Origin: a virus
DNA length: 64,000 nucleotides
IMG/VR virus record: IMGVR_UViG_3300045125_000170
Location: 2,464-66,463 of that record
Reading direction: 5' to 3' (one strand)
The notes under the pieces: generated by a model
Databases searched by the model: none
Told to the model about the DNA's origin: nothing
The model's input: only the letters and a program-made list of their open reading frames with translations
Made by a program: the position numbers and the translations under genes
Shown here: positions 55,600 to 64,000 of the stretch, piece by piece
Layout: each line of letters opens with the position of its first letter
Position numbering within the stretch: the first letter of the stretch is position 1

Positions 55600-56368
55600 A
55601 AATCAAACTCCTTGTGCCTACATTTATAACGTGTAGCATGTGTCCAGTAAGTGCTGCCATAAACAAATAACTCACTAGATCTTTCTCCTCCTAAATTATG
55701 TAATCCAGTGTTATTGTCATCAATTATTATGCTTACATGATGAGGTTGTATGTTGTTTAGACTCATAACAATAACATCATTTTTTCTGTGTGGTTCATCA
55801 AAATCTAATTTACGAAAATTAGCTTTATGGAAGTTTTGCTCTATCAAATCCCAAGACGATGACACTGTTTCTTCCAAAGAAAACCACGCGAGAAATCAGG
55901 TAAAGTTATATCTAGCATTCCTTTGTAGTAAGCTCTAAGCAAGCTAAAGCAATCACATCTATTGTAAACAAAAGGCCATTTTAAATAATAATTGACTTCT
56001 TTCGGAGAACCATTAATAAGTAATGGGAAAGGATTAACTAAGTTTCTTGGATCAAAAAAATCCCAGCATTGTAAAGCTGATTGATACAGAATATATCCTA
56101 TTTTATTCGCTTTGGCATTACAAATATCCGGTGGACTTAAATATTCAGATTGAGTATTTTGCCAATGCGTGTGATAAACATATTGAATATCTTTGTATCC
56201 AACTATCAAATCCAACTCTTCTGGCTCAATTACAAAAGCTTCGTGTTTGTTTTCAGCAGTATTGGTGCATCTATATGGAATATCATCTACAATTACTCCA
56301 CATACTTCCTGCTCCGGAAAATCTTTAGCGTGTTCAATTATATGTTCTTTAATAAGATTAGATATCAT
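55596..56368 (-). CDS. Tail tip gpK-like JAB + NlpC/P60 protein (frameshifted)
   Basis: EVCGVI; VYHTH..LSPPD; RCDCFSLLRAYY; HHVSI. Confidence 0.9.
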
Positions 56369-56742
56369 GGCGTTCTAGGTGGTTGAACACGAGAAATTAT
56401 ATCAACATTAGCTCTTACTTGGCTGGTTGTTATTTTAGTAGAAATTGTATATTCATCCTGCCCTACTTGAGATACAACCCATTCATCACAAACACATTCT
56501 TTAAGATCTTCGCCAGTTGGACTCCATTTAAAAGAAGACAATGAATACTGACGTAAATTTGCTAATACCTCAGTTAATTGACTTTTGGAATAAACAGGAC
56601 TGCGGACATCCCATTGACTAAAAGGGCTAATACCTTGGGGAAGTATCTGGCTGTAATTATCACCTAATTTTGTTTTAGTAGTTGGGATAACTACATTTTG
56701 GGATAACTGCCACAATGGAGATAATTCTAGTATTAGAGTCAT
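56365..56742 (-). CDS. gpM-like distal tail protein (copy 2)
   Basis: KLGDNYSQ..GI..FKWSP..CDEW. Confidence 0.65.
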   Translation of the reverse strand: MTLILELSPLWQLSQNVVIPTTKTKLGDNYSQILPQGISPFSQWDVRSPVYSKSQLTEVLANLRQYSLSSFKWSPTGEDLKECVCDEWVVSQVGQDEYTISTKITTSQVRANVDIISRVQPPRTP

Positions 56743-57332
56743 AGCACAAAATATCCAATTGTGTAGTTAAAAGTAGATGCAGCAGTAGAAACTAAATTTA
56801 AAGCAGTGTTAGCTGTTAATTTAAATTCTCTATTTGCCGAAAGACTAATATCTCTAGCAGAACCTTGAGTAGCTAGAAAAACTCTAATTCTGTCGGTAGC
56901 TCCATCTCTAATTGTAATAGTTTGAGCTGTAGTACCTTCCAGCTCAACTCTTATAAAAGATACATAAATACTTGATCCTGCTGTTGCTGGTATTACAGCT
57001 GTAGTAGCAGCAGTAGTTATAGTTCCAGTTGCAAATACCATTGAAGGTATTGCACTGGTTTCTGTTAACAATCTTTTTATCAAAGATATTAAACTAAAAG
57101 TACCTGTGTCTGTAGTTGCTGCTGCATCTGATGTAGTTCCAATAGATGCGTTTAATCCTTTTATTAAAGAAACTAAACTAACGTTACCACTATTTGAAGC
57201 AGTATCTGATATAGCTCCAATAGCAGTTGACTCAAATTGCATCACATCCGGGTTTGCAGTAGTACCAGCTCCAGATATCGTTGCTCTTTCACGAGATGCG
57301 CCGTTTCCAGCTATGTACGGAACGCTTGGCAT
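56739..57332 (-). CDS. Virion protein with DAAA..SL.SLIK repeats
   Basis: Two internal repeats VSLVSLIKGL and FSLISLIKRL. Confidence 0.55.
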   Translation of the reverse strand: MPSVPYIAGNGASRERATISGAGTTANPDVMQFESTAIGAISDTASNSGNVSLVSLIKGLNASIGTTSDAAATTDTGTFSLISLIKRLLTETSAIPSMVFATGTITTAATTAVIPATAGSSIYVSFIRVELEGTTAQTITIRDGATDRIRVFLATQGSARDISLSANREFKLTANTALNLVSTAASTFNYTIGYFVL

Positions 57333-57334
57333 AA

Positions 57335-59723
57335 TTAAAAATCTATTGCAGCAAATGAGTTTATTGTAACATTAAAATTTAATCTGTACGTTGTGTAATC
57401 CACAATCAAGAAAGATTCTACCCAATCAGATGGATTGTTATCAAAGAAAATTGCTTTAACTCTTGCATAATAAGTCATTTTAGGCATGTTTGAAAATGTC
57501 ACAAAAGTATCTTGTGTATTTTGTGTCATCTCCCATCCTCCAAACAAACCTTTTTTATTTCAACAACATAGCCATTTACCCATGGAGAATTTTGAACAAT
57601 ATTTTCAATTGTTTGTTGAGGAGGCAACCAAGAAACATATACATCAAAAAATTAGCGCCTTCTGCAATTGGAATGCCGTCTGCTGATAATTTACCAATTG
57701 GATTAGTACTAACTTTTACTTCTCTTGGGACGATATTAGTATTAGGAGCTGAGCTAGAAACTCTTTTAGGCAATGAATCAAATTTCCATTGAATTGGTGT
57801 CATATTGTTGACATATTATCTATGAAACTATATTTACTGCTATCATACTCTGATGCTGTGATTTCGTGCATACCTTCGATGGTTTCAGAAACAGGTACAC
57901 GATTAATTACTCTGTATTGTTTTGGAATAACAGAATTGCCAGATAATATCCAGTTAGATTCTGGCAAAGGAGCTAAACTGAATGGTTGAGTTACTGTAAT
58001 TACTGAAGTTGTAATATTGCTAGTAATTTGTACTGTTTTTTGTTCCCACGCACCATTACTCAAAGTAACACTAAGTTGATAGGTTTGCCCTGAAACTAGT
58101 GTTACCGGACTGTCTAAATTAATAGTTGTTGTTGTAGCTGAAATAATTAATCCACCACCGCGCATTTCTAATCGTTGAGAATCAGAAATTGTAATAATAT
58201 CTCCTGGCTTAATAAAAGCTGCATAAGCCCTAGCTTTAAATGTTACAGTCTCTTGTTCTAATCTGTCGGAAATTAACGCTGCAACTCCAGCTCGTCTTGC
58301 TTGTCCTCTTGATGTACAAGCAACAGCTTCCAACTCCATTTCTTTGATACCCCATTTTGTATACCTATCGGATCTTCCACCATTTCTACAGTTTTGCGAT
58401 AAAAATCAGCAGGGTTTAACCAGCTAACTAAAGCTACAGTTTTTTTGGATTTTAATCCAACTCTGCTATATACAAAAAGCCCATCCTCTACATCTGCTTG
58501 TGTAAATTGATATTTAACAACATCTGGTTTATCAGCAACAAAAGATATCGTTCCAGCTTGCCAATAAGCAAAACCTCTAAATATTGTTATCAAAGATTGT
58601 AATACCTGGAAAGCTTCTGTTTTAGACTGCAATGCAATATTACATTGAAATCTTGGTTCATAAATTATTGTATTATTATTTGTATAACCAGTTGGGACTA
58701 GCTCATTACAATACTTACTAATTTCATATAACGCCCATTTATCTATTTGCTTGGTATCAATATATTTCCCAAGCCCATATCTAGTATTTGTGATTAAATC
58801 ATATAAAATCCAAGCTGGATCTGACACAGCTATGGTTGGTGTCTGCAAACACACCATTCCAAGTGGAACTATAAACTATTCGTCTATTACCCCATCAATT
58901 GTGCCATTACTTGGAATTTGCACTAATCTACCGTAAACATTAAATACAACATTAGGAACTGAGGAAAAACCAGAAGTATCAAAAGAGAACGCTGCTAATG
59001 CTGTATTTGGATAATTTAATCTTTTATAAACAATATTTGAATAAGATACCCATGACATGCTACGTTGGTATCCGTTTTTTTCTGTTTCTGTGTTATCTAC
59101 AGTTAATTTAAGAATTTTAATAGCAAGTTGTGTAACTTGAGTTTTAGGAAGTCTAATTCTATAATCAAATTCTGTTGGACTTGAATAACGCCCAGAAATT
59201 GTTTGATCAACTTTTAAATCAAAAGAGCCAAGATTTTGCTGTAAATAAATACCAAATCTTATATCAGTTGCATTAACATTACCATTACTAGGATCTTGCT
59301 GCTGCATTTGAAAAGACAATTTTATTTTAATTTCATCGGGTATATTATTAACATTTAAAGTTCTAGTAACTCCAATATTTGTTGAAGATCCATCCCATTT
59401 TACTTCTGATGAAACAGATTGTTCTTGTGCAATAGAATCTCCAAATCCAAACAAAGTTATAGAAGGTTGTATTTGAGTTCCAAGACGATGTTCAAAATTA
59501 ACACCTTTAAAATTGTCTGTGTTATCAGCATTTTTTACTGGAGTTTCGTCAAGATAAGTTTCAGTTAAGGGATGTCCATCAAATCCTTGTATGGGGCCTT
59601 CTGAGATTGCTCCTAGTATGTATGCTGTTGATGTACTAACTCCAGTTACACGAGTAATTTGCGGAGATTGCCTTCCTCCTTTCCGCCACCAAAACCTTCA
59701 ATTTTTTTATGTTTATGTTTCAT
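57335..59723 (-). CDS. Central tail fibre / host-specificity protein J (frameshifted)
   Basis: AISEGPIQG; YPNTALAA; SDPAWILYDLITNTRYGLG; EPRFQCN; ACTSRGQARRAG. Confidence 0.9.
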
Positions 59724-59739
59724 TATGATTAAGACGAGG

Positions 59740-60726
59740 TTAAGATGAAGTATCTATAGCATAAACGCTCCAAAAAATTTCTATTTTTTGAGAAAAAACA
59801 TAATTTTGTGACAATCCGGATGTTTGTGCTTTAACTCGAATTGTCCATGGGTTAACATTTGTATTAGGGAAAAAGTTAGTACACACAGGATCTCCATCAT
59901 TAGAATAACAATTATAATATATATTATATGTGTCTCCTGATAAAAAACCATTAAAATTTAAAGTATTTGTATTTGGAGGTATTGTAAATCTATTATTATA
60001 AGTATCTCCATCACCAGCTTCTAAAGAAAATGTAGTTGGAGAATTATTTGGATCTCCAATAAATTGAAGATTACCAAAGAAACCAGGATCTTTATCTGCA
60101 AAATACGCGGGATTTCCCTGAATTCTAATAGAAAGCGGATTTCCACTAATGGAACTATCGATTCTACTAGAAATCACATACATACTTGTTTGTATTTTAC
60201 CATAAACAACAGGTACTCTACCTCCTTCTTGTGTGTTATTTTGTAATCCTCCTATTGTTTGACTAGTTGGATCTGCCTCTGGTTTTGCTGGTTTAAATAA
60301 AGAACTAATTCCAGCAAATAGTAAAACAGTTCCTAATAAAATAGTTGTACTTGGAGCTAAAACACCTTTTGTTCCCCAAATAATAAATCCAGCTGGAGCG
60401 AATATTGCTAGAGCAAACATTGCAGCTGCTCCTACCCACATCCACCAATTTTCTCCACTACCAGCAAGTATAGGTACAATTCTAATATTACGTACTTTTC
60501 TAGATATTGGACAACTAAGCTTATCAATTTTATCGTTAGTTATAGATTCATGCCCGATTATTATCTTGTATCTTACCCCACGATTTTCAGCATCTTGTAA
60601 ATAATCTAAAAAATTGCTAAAATTAGCTTTTAATGCTCGTATTAATTCGGCAACTGATTCTATAGCTAAATCAATTTTATTAACAAATAAATCGCCTAAT
60701 TCACCTTCTAAGAAAACAGATATCAT
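59740..60726 (-). CDS. Tail assembly gpI-like protein with C-terminal extension
   Basis: LEGELGDLF..SVAELIRALKANF; IVPILAGSG; EGGRVPVVYG. Confidence 0.9.
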   Translation of the reverse strand: MISVFLEGELGDLFVNKIDLAIESVAELIRALKANFSNFLDYLQDAENRGVRYKIIIGHESITNDKIDKLSCPISRKVRNIRIVPILAGSGENWWMWVGAAAMFALAIFAPAGFIIWGTKGVLAPSTTILLGTVLLFAGISSLFKPAKPEADPTSQTIGGLQNNTQEGGRVPVVYGKIQTSMYVISSRIDSSISGNPLSIRIQGNPAYFADKDPGFFGNLQFIGDPNNSPTTFSLEAGDGDTYNNRFTIPPNTNTLNFNGFLSGDTYNIYYNCYSNDGDPVCTNFFPNTNVNPWTIRVKAQTSGLSQNYVFSQKIEIFWSVYAIDTSS

Positions 60727-61052
60727 GGCTTATCCAATTATTCCGTTAATTCCAAATTGGGATAGTACAAAAGCAGAACAGTCAAATTTGATTGTAACTA
60801 AATATCAACCCAATACGATTGAGGCACGGGCTGCAAGAACTAAAATTAATACCACTAGTGTTACTTTCTGTTGCTGTCAATATAACTAACGCTAGTGAAG
60901 TAGACACATTTTTGCGAGAACGTAATGGCAAAGCATTTATGGTAGAAGATGATGATACATTATATTCTTGTACAGAATGGACTATACAAGCACTGGGAAA
61001 AGGAGTTGATTCGTTTTCTGCAACATTTGAACAAGTTAGGAGATTTTTATGA
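60725..61052 (+). CDS. gpM-like distal tail protein (copy 1; frameshifted)
   Basis: EVDTFLRERNGKAF..YSCTEW..SATFEQV. Confidence 0.75.
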
Positions 61053-61759
61053 TTCCAAATTTATTAAGTTTAAATCCAGACTCTTTATAGAATTATATGA
61101 AATCTATAAATATAGAGTAATAGATAAAGACAAAGAAGATACAGATACTTCAATTGAAACAATTAGAATTGGCAGCACAGCTATTAATGACAGCACACCA
61201 TGGGTTGTTTTTGATGGCAAAACATATTATGCAGTGGGAGTTCAAGGAGAAGGATTTGATTTAATTGGACAAGGAGCTATTCCTACTCCAAAATTAACAG
61301 TATCTAACGTTGGAGGTATATTAACTAAATGGCTTAAACAAAGTAGGGAAACTGGTTACAGACTAGAAGGCACATTTGTTAAAAAGGCATGTTACCCAAA
61401 AACGATTTTTAGATGGGCAGGTAGATGCCAATGCTGGAGTTAAAGAGTTACCAATACAGGTTTATGTTATTGAACAATTAGCAGAGGAAAATTATACTAA
61501 TGCAAAATTTAATCTTGGATCTGCTTTTGATGTTGAAGGAATCACTTTACCAGCTAGAGTAATGGTACGAAGCTGCACCTGGATTTATCGTAGTCCAGAA
61601 TGCAGCTATGCTGGTAGCGCAAAATATACTTTAGATGGGAGCGTAACTCAAGATCCTAACCAAGATTTTTGCGCAAAAACATTGGCAGCATGTGAGCTAC
61701 GATTTGGCGTTGGAAATGTTTTGCCTTTCGGTGGATTTCCTGGATTAAACAGCTATTAA
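61049..61759 (+). CDS. Minor tail protein L (frameshifted)
   Basis: PTPKLTVSNV; RSCTWIYRSPECSY; CAKTLAACELRF..LPFGGFPG. Confidence 0.9.
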
Positions 61760-61941
61760 TTCTTGTTTTTCTGAACAAGATTAGCATAAACTTGCGCTCT
61801 GTTTAAAAAATCTAATTCATTTTGTAATCCTCTCCTGATCAACCGGTTAGCTATAGAACTAACCGGTTCTCCTGTTTGTTCGGAAATAGTTCTTAAAAGA
61901 TTTAAGACACTATCTGGCACTGAAGCTGAAATCTGTTGCAT
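61756..61941 (-). CDS. CopG/ribbon-helix-helix DNA-binding protein
   Basis: QISASVPDSV..LRTISEQTGEPVSSIANRLI. Confidence 0.75.
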   Translation of the reverse strand: MQQISASVPDSVLNLLRTISEQTGEPVSSIANRLIRRGLQNELDFLNRAQVYANLVQKNKN

Positions 61942-62017
61942 AAATTTAAATTACGGTACAATTACATTAACTATACTTTATGTATAATAGAACAGTCATG
62001 TATCTTGAGATAGTACC

Positions 62018-63921
62018 ATGGAACGAATAGTAGTTAAATTTTTTCCACAGATACTCTTGAAGAAAGAGGATTATCCCCTCTTGATTTTAAAACAAAATGG
62101 AAGTTAACAACAGTTGAAATGTCAACTCTCCTGGGAGTATCAGAACAAACGATTAAACAATGGGCAGCAAGGGAAGGAACAAAAGTCATAGAAACATTCC
62201 TTTATGCCATAAACTCCATTGTGAATGTTTGGATAAATTATGGAGTATAACAGTAAAAACAATTTGATTGTATACCACGAATACTTGATTTGTATACTAA
62301 CTTTACTTGTGGTAGTTAATTGAGTTTATTACTATAAAGATGTTCTGGAATTAATTTTTTTGCAGTAATTAATTCCGAAACAATTCCGGAAATAACTCAG
62401 AAACAAGGAGACAACATGAATGAAGTTGTGTTTGCATCAACGCAAATACATAAAAGAGGTTACAAAAGACAACAATATGTACAAGTGTTGTTGCCTAATA
62501 AAACGAGACAAGAATTAGCAGAAGAGTTAAAAATTAGTACAAGAACTCTTCAAAATGTACTTGCATTATGCAGCCACTTACATTGAATGTTTTGATAAGT
62601 ATGTTGATGACGAAGGAGTGTTGAGAGGATTGCCAATTTCTGAAGATTGGGAAATTTGGGTAATAAAAGAAATTCTTTCAATACTAAAACGGTATAAGCA
62701 TACTAGAAATAAAGCAGTTTTTGTAAAAGCAGCATTAAATGATTTAAATCAACAAGTAAAGGATATGCAAAATGAACATGACGATTAAAGATGTAGCAGA
62801 CATTATTAACTGGACTCCAAAAGTATTGGTGTCTAAGTTAAATAATGAGCCAAACATTATCGGATTAAAAGCAAGTGATGCTTTCCCTGAGTTACCAGAA
62901 ACATCTGTTTTATGGGCTGAGATTAAAACATTAATGGAGTTAAAAAGCATCTGAATTTAAAGAAGAAAAAGAACCAATTGCAAATGTTGCTCCAGCTGCT
63001 TTAACTCAAGCAGAAGTTGTAGATGAAACAATGAAGCAAGCTACAACAATTCAGCAAGTACTGCAATTAGAAACTGCTAATACCCAAGCTCAAATATCTG
63101 GGAATATTGGAGCAATAAATGGTGTTCAGTCTGCGTTGGAATATATTCACGGATTCCAAGCTTCTTATATGACGGTATTAAGTAACTTTTCTGAGCAATC
63201 AATGGAGGTAGCAAACAGATTAACAGAGGAAGCAGCTAAAGAATACCAAATATTGCATCGTAATTCTCAGGAGTCTTTGAGCAATGTTTATTCTCTCCAA
63301 GAAAAGATAAAAGCAAAGAGAGAGGAGTTAAATAAAAAATGTCAGAACATTATGGGCAGGCAAATTTAACTAATTTGCAACAAGAAATCCAGCTTTTGTA
63401 TTTAGAACAAATAACACTAGCGATAGAGCTGGGAAAATTGCAAATGCTTAATGTGGTGATCAAACAAAGAAAGGAGTTTATAAAAATTATGCTTCAAGGA
63501 ATTTTAGAAACAGTTAGTATTACCTCTGTTTTAGGCGCAGCTAGTTATGTAGCTGTAGCAACAGCTGTGGCAAATCCAATTGGATTAACAGTGTTAGGTA
63601 CTACTGTTTTTTTAAGTGGAATGTTTTTGCAATTTCAACAAAGTAAAAATTCTCAAATTGTAAGGAAGTAACATGTTTAAACAAAAAGATGACTTAGTCG
63701 TTCGTAAAAGAGTGACAGAAATTATGAAAGACGATAGTTATGAGCAAAAAATTGAAACAGTTTACGAGCCAAAAGATAAAAGTTTAAGTGAAGACATTAA
63801 TTCAATCGTTGCTGGAGTAGCCGCAATTTCCCTTGCAATTACTGTTCCTGTGGTAGGGCTAAAAATAGCAGATGTTGTCTTAACTCAAGCGAACAACAAT
63901 TCTCAATGCCAAGTAAAATGA
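62018..63921 (+). CDS. Cluster of small HTH-like, coiled-coil and membrane proteins (partly frameshifted)
   Basis: LTTVEMSTLLGVSEQTIKQW (about 62018-62230); RQELAEELKISTRTL (about 62416-62788); ORFs 62772-62954, 63031-63369, 63339-63671 and 63673-63921. Confidence 0.55.
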
Positions 63922-64000
63922 GTTTATTTTCAACTTTTCTGTCAAACACTGGTAACAAATTAGAGGATTTAATATATGGAAATAAATCCATATTTCCATA

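Noticed and set aside
56361-60729. 11-bp direct repeat GATATCATGGC at the gpK and gpI starts as excision sites
   Set aside because: 11-mers recur by chance in 64 kb, both genes simply start Met-Ile-Ser, and no recombinase is in view
1-64000. tRNA, rRNA, integrase, lysis genes
   Set aside because: No convincing T-loop or cloverleaf, recombinase catalytic motifs, or endolysin motifs noticed by eye; a tRNAscan/HMM run is needed to exclude them

Overview
AT-rich 64-kb segment of a large tailed phage or prophage with a lambda-like non-contractile tail tip (M/L/K/I/J-type genes). The host is most likely a cyanobacterium, inferred from the cyanobacterial-type class II RNR, SigF-like sigma factor, pentapeptide-repeat proteins and HIP1 octamers. 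Layout: BRO protein, non-coding repeat locus and small early or accessory genes (1-12 kb); nrdJ with three LAGLIDADG inteins (12-17.5 kb); TPR proteins, DEDDh exonuclease and small genes (17.5-22.7 kb); replication genes (initiator, DnaB, ASCH, ERF, DnaN; 22.7-27.8 kb); terminase, portal and protease (27.9-32.3 kb); an 11-kb antisense tail-fibre cassette; capsid and neck genes; sigma factor; three tandem tail-tube paralogs and chaperones (43-53 kb); a rearranged tail-tip module (55.6-61.8 kb); and small HTH/RHH genes. Nearly every long gene, including essential ones, carries 1-nt indels. I read these as long-read errors and merged the ORF fragments by hand. No integrase, tape-measure gene, RT, tRNA or CRISPR array was seen. 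All family assignments come from motif recognition, not database searches. Best leads: (1) a terminator-insulated non-coding locus holding two inverted copies of the initiator gene's central segment plus a regular 12-mer array; (2) a sigma factor fused to an IS1 InsA-like Zn-ribbon/HTH; (3) a 12x72-bp LRR array with hypervariable cassettes in a fibre gene; (4) several degenerate or orphan defence-protein fragments that may act as decoys; (5) the triple-intein RNR and three tail-tube paralogs.
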